A stretch of DNA of 64,000 nt, taken from Candidatus Cloacimonadales bacterium (lineage in GTDB: Bacteria > Cloacimonadota > Cloacimonadia > Cloacimonadales > JAFGVF01). The stretch spans positions 32,001 to 96,000 of the forward strand of contig CAXXOU010000003.1 of NCBI GenBank assembly GCA_963677495.2, given 5' to 3'. Below the pieces are notes generated by a model. It did not search any database. It was not told the DNA's origin and saw nothing but the letters and a program-made list of their open reading frames with translations. Shown here piece by piece: positions 33,103 through 44,080 of this stretch (position 1 is the stretch's first letter; every line of letters starts with the position of its first letter). The position numbers and the translations under genes were made by a program.

Positions 33103-34500
33103 TTAATCATCCAGCTCATTTTCATCGAAGTTACTAGGATTAGGGTCCGGATGTCCCCATAATCTATTTTCTTCTACCTCTTCTTTCCATTTCGTATCCT
33201 GAGGTGCAGCATCATAGATATCGAAGTCAGGTCCCATATAATCTTTCCAGTTTGGATCTATCACCTCTTTGTCATCTTGAGTTGCGTATAGAAATTTATA
33301 GTTACCATTCATCTGGATATCTAAGAAAAGATAAACGCCTTTTTCACTATCAGCATATTCCCACACTTGGTAATCTTTTCTTGTATAGGCAGTGTTATTT
33401 GATTGTGTTTTACCGTTTATAACAATATCGGGTGCTCCGTTACGTAAGAATACTCTACCTCTATCTGTTTCCCATCCCTTTTTAAAACGATAGTCATAAG
33501 CAGAAGCTTCATTTACTTTTACTCTTAGCATCTGGATGTAGTCCTCTATCTCCATCTCTTTTTCCATTGCCATATGAGTCCAAAACTTTGTTGCAAATCT
33601 CTTCTTTGCCATATCAGAGCTCAATCTGTTCCATCGTGATATTGTGTTACTATTTCCATAATACTTCATCAATGTGTATTCATCTTCCAGTTTTGAGAAT
33701 ACATTGTATACATCACTGGTTAGTTTCTTTAAAACTACGTAGCTTTCTGATAATACCTTATCATCTTTATCAATAAGTTGTATGTCATAATATCCAACCG
33801 GAAACTTCTTGAAGTCTATTGGAAATGAGCCATTGGGATCAAGCTCTAATTCTACTGTTTCGAATAGCTCATCTTTCTTAAGTATCTTAAGCTTTAAGTC
33901 ATCAACACTAAATCCAGGCTTTCTACTGAAATACAAATAGGCGTTATCAGTTTCCTCTAAATTAATAATATGAGCCGGTTCTACCCTGTAAGTAAAGCCA
34001 TCACGCTGGAATTTCTTTAAGTACTCACTTTTTGCAGGAATTACGTTAGATGAAATCTCCATATCACCTACTTGTGCATCTTCAGGTAATGAGCTCAGAT
34101 CAACTTCCCAGAGGAATGAATTGTTTGTAATTGAATCAACAAACTCAAGTACAAAAGAGATATCCTTTTTGTCAAAAGAGTAGTGTAATTTATCAAGGTA
34201 TCCCTTAGAATCAGACTTTGTGTCAGGTTCATTAGAAACAGCAATTTGGAAAGTGTTCACATCATTGTATATTACTTTATCCGCTTTTTTAATGCTGAAA
34301 TCAAGATAGACTTCAGAAACAAAGTACTGTTCACCTTTCTCGAAGGTTATAGAGCTATACGGTATAAAGAAGTTTATATCGTAGCCTGTTTTGTTATCTG
34401 CATCAAAAGAACGAACAAGCTCAATCTGCATTGGGAAAGAATCAGCAAACAAAGCTGATACTGAAACAAATAGTAATAAGATGATGAAGCTAATCTTCAT
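33103..34500 (-). CDS. GWxTD domain protein
   Basis: KGWETDRGRVFLRNGAPD...YQVWEY; signal peptide from MKISF. Confidence 0.85.
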   Translation of the reverse strand: MKISFIILLLFVSVSALFADSFPMQIELVRSFDADNKTGYDINFFIPYSSITFEKGEQYFVSEVYLDFSIKKADKVIYNDVNTFQIAVSNEPDTKSDSKGYLDKLHYSFDKKDISFVLEFVDSITNNSFLWEVDLSSLPEDAQVGDMEISSNVIPAKSEYLKKFQRDGFTYRVEPAHIINLEETDNAYLYFSRKPGFSVDDLKLKILKKDELFETVELELDPNGSFPIDFKKFPVGYYDIQLIDKDDKVLSESYVVLKKLTSDVYNVFSKLEDEYTLMKYYGNSNTISRWNRLSSDMAKKRFATKFWTHMAMEKEMEIEDYIQMLRVKVNEASAYDYRFKKGWETDRGRVFLRNGAPDIVINGKTQSNNTAYTRKDYQVWEYADSEKGVYLFLDIQMNGNYKFLYATQDDKEVIDPNWKDYMGPDFDIYDAAPQDTKWKEEVEENRLWGHPDPNPSNFDENELDD

Positions 34501-35596
34501 CTTGGGTATTTTTAAGTTCATAATCACCAAATCCTTTTAAATCCTGAAAGAGGAAATTCTTGCTTAGGGTGTAATAATACCAGATGATGTACGGCCTTGT
34601 CTCAAGAGGTAAAGGCTCATGAACAATCTCATCAGGCTCTCCGTATTTAATTAATATCCTACCTCGGTCGGTCATCCAACCACGTTTATAATTTCTAAAT
34701 GAAAATCGTCTGTCAGCCTCAATAATTCGTTTATAAAAAATTGAGCGCATAGTCTCAGAGCCATTGTTTGATTCACTGTATGCATCCCAGAATTTATTAA
34801 TTCCGGCTTCTATGTCCTCATCTTTTTTTAGCTTTCTGAGCTGTTTCCATTGCCTTTGAGTCGTAACATATCTCAACTGCTCAAGTTTATGCTTCCAGGA
34901 ATAACGACCGGAATACAGGACATAAATTTGCTCGTTCCCTATCTTGGACTGATGTTCAATACCATCTGTAATCCATGAGAATCGACTCGTTTGTCTTAAC
35001 TTCATCAAACAATCAGGTTTTGGTGTAAAAGATATCAGTGTATCCGGTTTTATTGATTGTGTAAGCTCGTTATCACATATGAGGTTTAAACTCTGAGGAA
35101 TTTTGCTGAAAGCAATATTGAAAGAAAGGTTTTCCATTGTTGCTAGTTTGCTAATATCATCTATGATTTGATGTGTATCGTTGTTAACAATAATGGGAGG
35201 AGCAAAATCTGTGACTTCACCAACCTCAAAAGATATACTGTTTTTATATCTGCTACCAAGTTCATCGTTGAAAACAGTAAAGTAGAGTAAGTACTTATCC
35301 TGAGAGAGAGAAGTATAAAAAGTATGAATAAATGCTTCTTGCTTATTAAAACCATTCTTTGTCACAGAAAACTCTTGATAATCTCTGTATGCTATGTTCT
35401 GTTCTCTGTCATCAATAGTAACTGATATAGCGTTTTCAGAGACAGGGCCCCCGTTCGGAAAGTTTATAAAACCACCGTCGAGATACAGGATTATCCGCTG
35501 ATAAGTTCCTAAATTATCTACCTTTAGCGACTGAGCAGATAAAAGAGATAATCCTAATAAGAAAGCACATATTAGTAACTTCTTCATTATTGTCAT
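34490..35596 (-). CDS. GWxTD domain protein
   Basis: RGWMTDRGRILIKYGEPDEI...YIIWYY...GFGDYEL; start uncertain (35596 or 35587). Confidence 0.85.
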   Translation of the reverse strand: MTIMKKLLICAFLLGLSLLSAQSLKVDNLGTYQRIILYLDGGFINFPNGGPVSENAISVTIDDREQNIAYRDYQEFSVTKNGFNKQEAFIHTFYTSLSQDKYLLYFTVFNDELGSRYKNSISFEVGEVTDFAPPIIVNNDTHQIIDDISKLATMENLSFNIAFSKIPQSLNLICDNELTQSIKPDTLISFTPKPDCLMKLRQTSRFSWITDGIEHQSKIGNEQIYVLYSGRYSWKHKLEQLRYVTTQRQWKQLRKLKKDEDIEAGINKFWDAYSESNNGSETMRSIFYKRIIEADRRFSFRNYKRGWMTDRGRILIKYGEPDEIVHEPLPLETRPYIIWYYYTLSKNFLFQDLKGFGDYELKNTQDED

Positions 35597-35597
35597 A

Positions 35598-38500
35598 TTA
35601 TTCTTCAAACTTCAGAGATAATTTTGTGCTTAAATCATTCAATTTGTCAATAACATTCTTAGTAAGGTTTATCTTTAGGTTCTTTGGTGTAAGACGCAAG
35701 GTTCCAAACTCCTTAGAAACAGTATCAATAATAAACTTAAAACTACCAGAGTCATTGTGCATTTTCATGAAGTGATTTGCTAAACTATCATCAAGTCTAT
35801 CCTCATCAATTGTAACCCAAATTTCTCCACTGTTTGAACTCAGTACTTTATCAATTGGCACTATCTGTTTGGGCTTAATCTTTAATAGTTTGTCTCCTTC
35901 ATAGGAAGAGTTAAATCCTTTTACAAATACAATGTCTCCAACATTCAATTTATCGGAGTATTGGTCGAAATCTTTACCGAATAGAGATACTTCAAACTTA
36001 CCGTGCATATCTTCTAGTGCTACTATTCCAAAGATGTTCCCCTTTCTGGATTTCTTTCTCTGATTAGATGAAACTATACCAACAATTCTAATAGAATTTG
36101 GTACATGACCTTCACTGATGCTGTTAGAAAATGTGTTGGAGAAATGCTCAATCACATACTCATACTCGAACAACGGGTGTCCGGAAAGATAGAACCCAAG
36201 AACGTTTTTTTCATTCTCAAGTCTCTCCATATAGCTCCATTCTTCCACAATTGTCAACTCCGGGAAGTAATCATTATCATCATCCTCATCATCACCAAGC
36301 ATATCGAAAAGTGTCATCTGACCACCACGCTTATCCTTCATGGCTTGGGCTGAATAGTTAACGGCCATTTCAACTGAAGCAAAGTGAGAAGCTCTATTTC
36401 CTTCAAAAGAATCTAGAGCACCTGCAGAGATTAAACTCTCTAAAACGGTTTTATTTACTGATGATGAATCACAACGTCCCATTAAATCATACATACATTT
36501 GTATGGTCCATTAGCTTCACGTTCCTTAATAATAGTTCTGATAGCTGCTGCACCAACATTCTTAATGCCTTTGAATCCAAAAAGTATCTTACTATCCTTC
36601 ACACTAAAATCACGTTCAGATAGATTGATATGTGGAGTGATAACTTCTATTTTCATGTTACGGCACTCTTCAAGGAACTTAGTAATGTCTTCTGGATTCT
36701 CAGACATTGAGAGGTTAGCTGCCATGAACTCAACAGGATAATGAGCTTTTAAGTAAGCTGTTTGATAAGCAACATAAGCGTAACACGCGGCGTGCGATTT
36801 ATTGAAAGCATAGTTTGCAAAGGTTTTCCAATCTTCCCAAACCTTATCTATTATTTTTCTCTCAATACCATTTTCTGTACAACCTTTCAAGAATAAGTTA
36901 TACATATCAGCCAGCATCTTTGCTTTCTTCTTTGAGATAGCTTTTCTAAGAGTTCCCGCTTCTGCACTTGAGAAGTTAGCCATAATCTTTGAGAGTTGCA
37001 TCACCTGTTCCTGATAAACAGTAACACCATAAGTCTCTTTGAGAACTTCTTCCATTGAATGATGCTCATAGGTTATTGGTTCCTGACCAAACTTACGCTT
37101 AATGAAAGATGGGATATTGTCCATCGGACCAGGTCTGTACAATGCAACCATCGCTATAAGGTCTTCAAACACATTCGGTTTCAGTTCACGAAGATATCTT
37201 TGCATACCTTTTGATTCATACTGGAAAACACCACCTGTAAGACCTTCAGATAGCAGGTCATATGTCGGTTTATCTTCAAGTGAGATGTTGTTTATGTCGA
37301 TTTCAATGCCACTATTTGCTTTTAGCATCTTTAGAGCTTTATCAATGACGGTAAGTGTCTTTAGACCTAGAAAGTCCATCTTTAACATCTTCAGATCATC
37401 AAGCCATTTACCCTCATATTGTACAAGAATACTCTTCTCTCCATCCTTCTGTTGAGTTACAGCAAGCGGTACGAAATTACTTAGGTCATCAGGTCCAATC
37501 ACAACCCCTGCCGCATGGATACCTGTTTGACGCACCAATCCTTCCAATACCATTCCATGTCTCAATATGCTGCGATAAAGGTCATTGCTTTCCATTAGAT
37601 TTTTAAACTCAGGAGATTTATCTAATGCCTTTTCCAAAGTAACTTTGGGGCCATCGGGAATGAGTTTTGTCATCGTATTAGCTTCAGCAACAGTTACTTC
37701 AAGAGCCCTGGCAATGTCTTTGATTACTGATTTTGCCTTAAGTGTTCCAAATGTAATAATCTGTGATACACTCTTTCTGCCATACTTCTGTACAACATAG
37801 TCAATAATCTTTGCACGTCCTTCGGCACAGAAATCGATATCGATATCGGGCATTCCTACACGTTTAAGATCAAGGAATCTTTCAAAGAGTAGCCCATATT
37901 TCAAAGGATCAAGTCTTGTAATATCCAGGCAATAAGCAACAATAGAACCGGCAGCTGAACCACGACCGGGACCAACAGGAACGTCCTGAGCTCTGGCAGC
38001 GTCAATGAAGTCTTTCACAACTAGGAAGTAGGCATTGTATCCCATTTTACTGATAATCCCAAGCTCAAAGTCTATGCGTTCTGTTACTTCCGGAGTTAAC
38101 TCCTCATAACGTTCTTTTGCGCCTGCATAAACTAAGTGCCTTATATAATCATCTGTGTTTTCATTGAACTCAGCAGGAACATCTGTTTTAGGAAAGAGAA
38201 ATTCATCATAATTGAGTTGAAGATTTACTTTTTCTGCAATCTTTACTGTATTTTCATAGGCATCAGGTACATCAGGAAAAAGCTTTCGCATCTCCTCTTC
38301 GCTTTTAAAGTAAAGCTCTGTAGTCTCATATTTCAATCTGTTAGGATCATTGACTGTCTTAGATTCCTGCATTGCAAGCATTACATCATGCGATTCCCAG
38401 TCTGCTTTATCGATGTAATGACAGTCATTTGTAACAACCATTGGGGTTTCTGTTTTACGAGCAAGTTCAATTAGCTGTGGCATCACTTTCTTCTCTTCAG

Positions 38501-39032
38501 AAAGTCCGTGTGCTTGGAGCTCAATATAGAAGTCCTCACCGAACATCTCTTTGTAATCTATTATATGAGCTTCTGCTTGTTCTATATCACCTTGCAAAAT
38601 TGAATAGGGTACATCTCCCTGGATACATGCAGTTAAGCAAATAATACCTTTTGCATGTTCTCTAAGTCTCTTCTTATCAATTCTTGGTTTATAGTAAAAA
38701 CCATCTGTGTATGAAAAGGATGAGAGCTTAATCAGATTCTTATAGCCTTCTTCATTTTTAGCTAACAGTACGATGTGATGACGTTTAAGTTTCTTAGAAG
38801 CTTCCTCATGCACATCACCGTTAATAACGTATGCTTCTAAACCAATAATTGGCTTAATCTCGTTTTTCATGCAAGTATTGTAAAAATCTATAGTTCCATA
38901 CATATTACCATGATCAGTCATGGCAACAGCAGGCATTCCAAGCTCTTTGGCTTTTTTGGCAATCCTATCAACACGACAGGCACCGTCTAAAAGGGAGTAT
39001 TGCGTATGATTGTGCAAATGGACGAAAGACAT
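35598..39032 (-). CDS. dnaE: DNA polymerase III alpha subunit
   Basis: FVHLHNHTQYSLLDG PHP domain, GPGRGSAAGS, MPDIDIDF, KMDFLGL, YAFNKSH. Confidence 0.97.
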   Translation of the reverse strand: MSFVHLHNHTQYSLLDGACRVDRIAKKAKELGMPAVAMTDHGNMYGTIDFYNTCMKNEIKPIIGLEAYVINGDVHEEASKKLKRHHIVLLAKNEEGYKNLIKLSSFSYTDGFYYKPRIDKKRLREHAKGIICLTACIQGDVPYSILQGDIEQAEAHIIDYKEMFGEDFYIELQAHGLSEEKKVMPQLIELARKTETPMVVTNDCHYIDKADWESHDVMLAMQESKTVNDPNRLKYETTELYFKSEEEMRKLFPDVPDAYENTVKIAEKVNLQLNYDEFLFPKTDVPAEFNENTDDYIRHLVYAGAKERYEELTPEVTERIDFELGIISKMGYNAYFLVVKDFIDAARAQDVPVGPGRGSAAGSIVAYCLDITRLDPLKYGLLFERFLDLKRVGMPDIDIDFCAEGRAKIIDYVVQKYGRKSVSQIITFGTLKAKSVIKDIARALEVTVAEANTMTKLIPDGPKVTLEKALDKSPEFKNLMESNDLYRSILRHGMVLEGLVRQTGIHAAGVVIGPDDLSNFVPLAVTQQKDGEKSILVQYEGKWLDDLKMLKMDFLGLKTLTVIDKALKMLKANSGIEIDINNISLEDKPTYDLLSEGLTGGVFQYESKGMQRYLRELKPNVFEDLIAMVALYRPGPMDNIPSFIKRKFGQEPITYEHHSMEEVLKETYGVTVYQEQVMQLSKIMANFSSAEAGTLRKAISKKKAKMLADMYNLFLKGCTENGIERKIIDKVWEDWKTFANYAFNKSHAACYAYVAYQTAYLKAHYPVEFMAANLSMSENPEDITKFLEECRNMKIEVITPHINLSERDFSVKDSKILFGFKGIKNVGAAAIRTIIKEREANGPYKCMYDLMGRCDSSSVNKTVLESLISAGALDSFEGNRASHFASVEMAVNYSAQAMKDKRGGQMTLFDMLGDDEDDDNDYFPELTIVEEWSYMERLENEKNVLGFYLSGHPLFEYEYVIEHFSNTFSNSISEGHVPNSIRIVGIVSSNQRKKSRKGNIFGIVALEDMHGKFEVSLFGKDFDQYSDKLNVGDIVFVKGFNSSYEGDKLLKIKPKQIVPIDKVLSSNSGEIWVTIDEDRLDDSLANHFMKMHNDSGSFKFIIDTVSKEFGTLRLTPKNLKINLTKNVIDKLNDLSTKLSLKFEE

Positions 39033-39147
39033 CTAGTAAACTCCAGTAAGATATTTGAATTCTTTATGCTCTTTGCATGAATATTGTCAAACTCTTTAAA
39101 GGAAAATTAAGGAGTAATTAAGCAGAAGTAATGTATAAAGTTAATAT

Positions 39148-40452
39148 CTATACAGTTATGGTCACTCCATCTTCAATTATCTGCACTGCCCGATTACGGA
39201 ATTGATCTTTATATGAAGATTTTGCGAATGTATGGATTGGGACAATATGCTTCGGGTTAACCGTTTCTACCATTTCAACTAATGCAATTAAATCTGCATG
39301 TCCACTTGTATGAATATACTTGTAATTGAATCCTGAATCTTTAAATTTCTGGACAAAGTCAGCTGTTTTCTTATCTTTCAAATATCCTTTCCACATAGAA
39401 TATATTATTGTGCCCTTACCTGTATCTATTGCAGTTTGGACAAACTTAAACATACTTGGTCTAAGTATTATTACAACATTATCACAATCTTTAGTAATCG
39501 CTTCTTTATCATATTTGAAAGGCTTGAATTGGTATAATAAATTAGCATTCCCACCCTTAACAGCTCTGTCGCTAATAAACTTTGGAAAGAACACTTTAAT
39601 CTCATTGAAATCCTTAGACGGATATGGTAGCTTTGCATACTGTTTAAGCTTTTTCAAAAGAGATGCGATATAAAAATCAATAACCAACTTCTTCCCGGCT
39701 TTACGGCATGCTCTAAAAATGGTAACCAATCTATCTATATTCTGTCCGGAGGTAAACACTACGTGAATACCTTTAGTTCCTTTGAAAGTATCCAGGAACT
39801 GCCTTTCCAAATCTGTTTCAGTAACGGATTGGTGGGAATTATTACCTATAGTCGTTCCCTCTAAGAGAAGGTAATCCACTGACATATTAAATTTATGTTT
39901 AAACCAATCGAATGACTTTCTCTTTCTACCATGTAATCTGAAGTCTCCGCTATAAAACAGACTCTTCCCATCAGCTTCTACCAAGAAAGCATAAGCATCA
40001 AAGGCAGAATGATCCATTAAGTAGGGTGTGATTTCAATATCACCAACTTGGAATTTCTTACCTGACTCAAAGTAGTTATGATTGGGAATCTGCACTTCAG
40101 TTGGTGTAAAAACTCCAGACAGCTTAATTATTTCATGCGTAGCCTGTCCAAGATGTACTATACATCTACGACTGAAGTAATTCAGTAATCCATAATGATC
40201 CTGATGAGCATGTGAGATTAGTATCTCATATTCACCTGTTTCTAAACCTTTTATAGATGGTATCACTCCCATCACAATCAATTCATCACTGCTTTTATCT
40301 TTAAGGATGGAGCTGTTGAACTGAGATTTATCAGGGTTCACCAATGGCAATCCTAAATCAATAACAATTCCTGCTTTATCAGTCCACACTTCAACGCATG
40401 AACCTCCAATCTCATTTGTCCCTCTATGTATTTTGAAGTGCATGTTTCTCAT
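39148..40452 (-). CDS. MBL-fold beta-CASP hydrolase (RNase J-like)
   Basis: IGGSCVE, SHAHQDHYG, DHSAFDA, YSGDFRLHG, LEGT, YSMWKGY, HTSGHA, PIHT. Confidence 0.88.
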   Translation of the reverse strand: MRNMHFKIHRGTNEIGGSCVEVWTDKAGIVIDLGLPLVNPDKSQFNSSILKDKSSDELIVMGVIPSIKGLETGEYEILISHAHQDHYGLLNYFSRRCIVHLGQATHEIIKLSGVFTPTEVQIPNHNYFESGKKFQVGDIEITPYLMDHSAFDAYAFLVEADGKSLFYSGDFRLHGRKRKSFDWFKHKFNMSVDYLLLEGTTIGNNSHQSVTETDLERQFLDTFKGTKGIHVVFTSGQNIDRLVTIFRACRKAGKKLVIDFYIASLLKKLKQYAKLPYPSKDFNEIKVFFPKFISDRAVKGGNANLLYQFKPFKYDKEAITKDCDNVVIILRPSMFKFVQTAIDTGKGTIIYSMWKGYLKDKKTADFVQKFKDSGFNYKYIHTSGHADLIALVEMVETVNPKHIVPIHTFAKSSYKDQFRNRAVQIIEDGVTITV

Positions 40453-41362
40453 TCCATAATCTTGCCATAAAAGTTGGATGGTCTAATAAATACTTTTTAT
40501 GCAATCCATACCCCATAAAACTGGACATGAAAAATCTTGTGTTTGCACATATGCTATTTTTTACAATGTCTATTAGTTTTGTACTATCAGGATCATGGTT
40601 TGCTATTAGTAATGCGAATTCTATGTCATTTTGAACGGACTTTACTTCATTTGAGTTGCCAGCCTTAGAGAAATGTACTAACCCAAGCTTCCTCTTCTGG
40701 TTGAATACTTCCATCATCTCACTTTTAAATGCACTTACATCTGATTGATTTTGTTTGAAAGTGTTAAAATCATTTATGTGTTTATGTATTCCTGAGTTTC
40801 CACTAATAGCACCATCTCCATATTTCATCTCAATCACAACTAGTTTTGGTTTGTAATTACTAGTTAGTTTTCTTGCTGTTCCTTTTGATTCCCATTCTAA
40901 AGCAACAATATCGAATTTGGCACCCTTTCTATTGTCATACTCTATATCAATTATGAAGTAATCTGTACCGTTTGAAATCGAAGAGTAGTTGTTTTCTCTT
41001 ACAACCAATTGTTGAAATTCTCTTTCTAATTTACTTTTTGAAATGAAAAACATATCCATAACTTGTTTAGTGCTAGCGAAATAGTTTTCCCAATCTTGAG
41101 CATTTTTGTAACTCTCAATTCTAGATTTATTTATGGTTGAAGATGATGGTAGACTGTTCAGATATTTTTGATCAAATTTAAAAGTATATCCTGCCTTTTT
41201 TGGATGAACACCAAGAATTCTTCCTCCTCGATAATAAATATCAGCATAGTTTGTTATAATCTCGAAATCAAGAGTATGATCGTTTTTTACAAACTCAAGT
41301 AAAGTTATTAAATCACCATTCAATAAATCGTTCATAAACGCATCGCTTAATCCCCGTGCCAT
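40424..41362 (-). CDS. Hypothetical protein with PD-(D/E)XK nuclease-like motif
   Basis: EREFQQ...DIEY...FDIVAL...IEMKYGD pattern; overlaps MBL gene start. Confidence 0.6.
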   Translation of the reverse strand: MARGLSDAFMNDLLNGDLITLLEFVKNDHTLDFEIITNYADIYYRGGRILGVHPKKAGYTFKFDQKYLNSLPSSSTINKSRIESYKNAQDWENYFASTKQVMDMFFISKSKLEREFQQLVVRENNYSSISNGTDYFIIDIEYDNRKGAKFDIVALEWESKGTARKLTSNYKPKLVVIEMKYGDGAISGNSGIHKHINDFNTFKQNQSDVSAFKSEMMEVFNQKRKLGLVHFSKAGNSNEVKSVQNDIEFALLIANHDPDSTKLIDIVKNSICANTRFFMSSFMGYGLHKKYLLDHPTFMARLWNEKHALQNT

Positions 41363-41514
41363 ATAACATACCTCCTACTTAATACAGAAAGATTAAACCG
41401 GTAACTTAAAAGTCAAGAGATATATTCCTTCATTGTTATCAGTATAAATCCTTTACAAACTTGATTCTGTTACTAATCGTGGTAATTCTAGATTGTTAGA
41501 GGTAGAGGTATGTA

Positions 41515-42231
41515 ATGCAATGTAACAAATGTGGAAACGAAGTCGAGAATAACTATTGTTCTCATTGTGGCTTTCCGGCTAAGATAGCACGTATAAATAA
41601 AGAGTTCGTCTTTTTCGGTTTAGCGGAAGTTCTAAATTTGAATGGGGGTTTATTCTACACATTAAAAGAGTTAACCATCAGACCCGGCAAAGCAGTTAAA
41701 ACATACATAAAGAAAGACAGGTCAATGCTTTTAAAGCCGATTACCTTCCTGTTCTTGTGTTCATTATTATACACTTTAGTATCTCAATATTTTACATTTG
41801 ATAGCAACATTATCTCGTTTGATATGAATAATTCAGCTATAGTCAATTCTCTCTTAATCTGGATTAATAGTAACTACGGTTACATGAACCTATTCTTAGC
41901 AATCGTAAATGCCTTTTGGTTAAAGACTGTCTTCAAAAATAGAGGTTATAACTATTTTGAATGTCTTGTAGCCTTTGCATACACTTCTGCTTATGTAATG
42001 GTCATTTACTCTATCTTTGGTATTTTTGCAAGTTTGATTAATAGCAACATTATGCAACTTGCCGGACTAATTGGCATCGTATATCCAATCTGGGCATTAG
42101 GTCAGTTCTTTGAAGGTAATAGATTTACCAGAACCCTAAAGACCACTTTAGCATTCATCTTATCTCTTCTATCTATTGGATTTACAATTATTGTTTTTGG
42201 TGTAGCATTTGGATTGTTGTTTGGAGAATAA
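41515..42231 (+). CDS. DUF3667-like membrane protein with N-terminal Zn ribbon
   Basis: CNKCG...NYCSHCG, TLKELTIRPG, several TM segments. Confidence 0.8.
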   Translation: MQCNKCGNEVENNYCSHCGFPAKIARINKEFVFFGLAEVLNLNGGLFYTLKELTIRPGKAVKTYIKKDRSMLLKPITFLFLCSLLYTLVSQYFTFDSNIISFDMNNSAIVNSLLIWINSNYGYMNLFLAIVNAFWLKTVFKNRGYNYFECLVAFAYTSAYVMVIYSIFGIFASLINSNIMQLAGLIGIVYPIWALGQFFEGNRFTRTLKTTLAFILSLLSIGFTIIVFGVAFGLLFGE

Positions 42232-42312
42232 CTTCGAAAGTTACATTGAGTATCTATAAATTGCCCTTTGTTTCATAAATCAAAAAAGGGAACCATAAGG
42301 TTCCCAAAAATC

Positions 42313-42389
<77 letters not shown>

Positions 42390-42681
42390 AAGATGAATAC
42401 ATAAATTTAAACTGCTCGGAGCATGTCAAGAATAAAAGTTAAAACTTTGTGATGATAAGAGTGGATAGTATTATATAGCGCTGAACTAGGGTCTAATTTA
42501 GATATTGACATTGAAGCATCATGCAGTTATCAAACACAGTCATGAATTCAAAATCTATGCAATTTCCATCATTATTATCAACAAAACACTGATCAAATTG
42601 AAAAAAAGGTTTACAGTAAAAAATCAGACATATATATTTGTTATGAAAATATTGATAGGTTTTAATGTATGGGAGATTATT

Positions 42682-43152
42682 ATGAAAGTATGTCTGTTAG
42701 TTTTCTGTTTCACACTAATGGTTTCTTCACTTTTTTGTTTTGAATCACCCCTATTCAAAGTCGCAGCTCAAACTGATCTTTTACAACAAGGTGCTACTTT
42801 AGGAGTTAGAGTTAGTAATGAGCAAAACTTAACACGACAGTTGTACGTTGTAGCTGGAGCAAAAGCACCGTTTATAGATGAAGGCGAGAAAGGGTTTTTA
42901 GTCTCCTTATTCGCAGAGAAGCACTTTATTTACAACGACAATTCGTATGGTAAATACTGCCTGGGAGTTGAATACGTCGAGTTTGAAGATTGGTCTTTTG
43001 ATAGCGATGACTTGAATCGGATTTTCTTACCTAAACTAGCAATTGGTGTCGGATATCAAATAAAAATTGATGAAGGAATCTATCTATTTTCAGACTTAGA
43101 TTTTGGAATTCAATATTACATGGCAAACATAAATCTAGGGATGAAGTTTTAA
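42682..43152 (+). CDS. Small outer-membrane beta-barrel-like protein, paralog 1
   Basis: Start reassigned to MKVCLL after GGGAG; signal peptide; C-terminal NINLGMKF. Confidence 0.75.
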   Translation: MKVCLLVFCFTLMVSSLFCFESPLFKVAAQTDLLQQGATLGVRVSNEQNLTRQLYVVAGAKAPFIDEGEKGFLVSLFAEKHFIYNDNSYGKYCLGVEYVEFEDWSFDSDDLNRIFLPKLAIGVGYQIKIDEGIYLFSDLDFGIQYYMANINLGMKF

Positions 43153-43622
43153 TGAAGTATTTTCTGGTACTTGTTTTTATAATATTAGTAAGCACATGTT
43201 TTGCATGGGAAAGCACATCTGTCAAATTCGGTGCATATGGTGATTATGAATATTTCGGTGGCACATTTGGATACAAAATCAGTCATGAAACAGATCCTGA
43301 GAGAGAAGTATACATTGTTCTTGCCGGTAAAGCTCCCTTCTTCGATAAAAAAAGAGATAATCATCTTATCTCTCTATTTGCAGAGAAGCATTTCATACGT
43401 GCTAATAACGCATATGGTAAGTATTGTATGGGAATTGAATACACCAAAATAGAACCATTCATTAACTTTGATGATGAGGAAGCTGACTATGTGGTAATTC
43501 CCAAATTAGCAGTTGGTGCTGGTTATCAATTCAAACTTGATGAAGGGGTATATCTGTTAACTGACTTTGATATCGGTATACAGTATCATATATTTAACAT
43601 TAACATAGGGATGAAATTTTAA
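43152..43622 (+). CDS. Small beta-barrel-like protein, paralog 2
   Basis: Shares KAPF..SLFAEKHFI..YGKYC..PKLAxGxGYQ..DEG with paralog 1; ends NIGMKF. Confidence 0.8.
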   Translation: MKYFLVLVFIILVSTCFAWESTSVKFGAYGDYEYFGGTFGYKISHETDPEREVYIVLAGKAPFFDKKRDNHLISLFAEKHFIRANNAYGKYCMGIEYTKIEPFINFDDEEADYVVIPKLAVGAGYQFKLDEGVYLLTDFDIGIQYHIFNINIGMKF

Positions 43623-44080
43623 TGAAGTATTTTTTAGTAATCTTCTTAGTTTTAGCTGCATGTACATGCTTTGCGTGGGAAAGTACATCTTATAAATTCG
43701 GATATGTATATTCAATGAGTAATGGAATATCAGCAGGTCTGAAAATGCCCCATTCTAAGCGAGAGAACAAAGAAGTCTTTTTGTGTGCTGATTACTTCTT
43801 TGCTGAAGAAAGCGGATTGGACTACAAATCGATGATGAGTCTCTACACAGAAATTTCCAGTATCTATGATAACAATTTTTACTCTAGCTATTCAATTGGC
43901 TTGTTATACAAACTTGACGATTACATCAATAGTGAACGTATGATTGGCGATGTATACCTTAAACTAACTGCCGGATTAGGTTACTTATTCCCAATCGATG
44001 ACGGGATATTCATCTTCACAGAGGTCAATGGTGGCTTTCAGTATTATACTTTGAATGCAAAGTTAGGAGTTAAATTCTAA
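43622..44080 (+). CDS. Small beta-barrel-like protein, paralog 3
   Basis: TCFAWESTSxKFG shared with paralog 2; ends KLGVKF. Confidence 0.8.
   Translation: MKYFLVIFLVLAACTCFAWESTSYKFGYVYSMSNGISAGLKMPHSKRENKEVFLCADYFFAEESGLDYKSMMSLYTEISSIYDNNFYSSYSIGLLYKLDDYINSERMIGDVYLKLTAGLGYLFPIDDGIFIFTEVNGGFQYYTLNAKLGVKF

Noticed and set aside
35598..39032. Intein or split dnaE
   Set aside because: Normal length (1144 aa) with continuous motifs.
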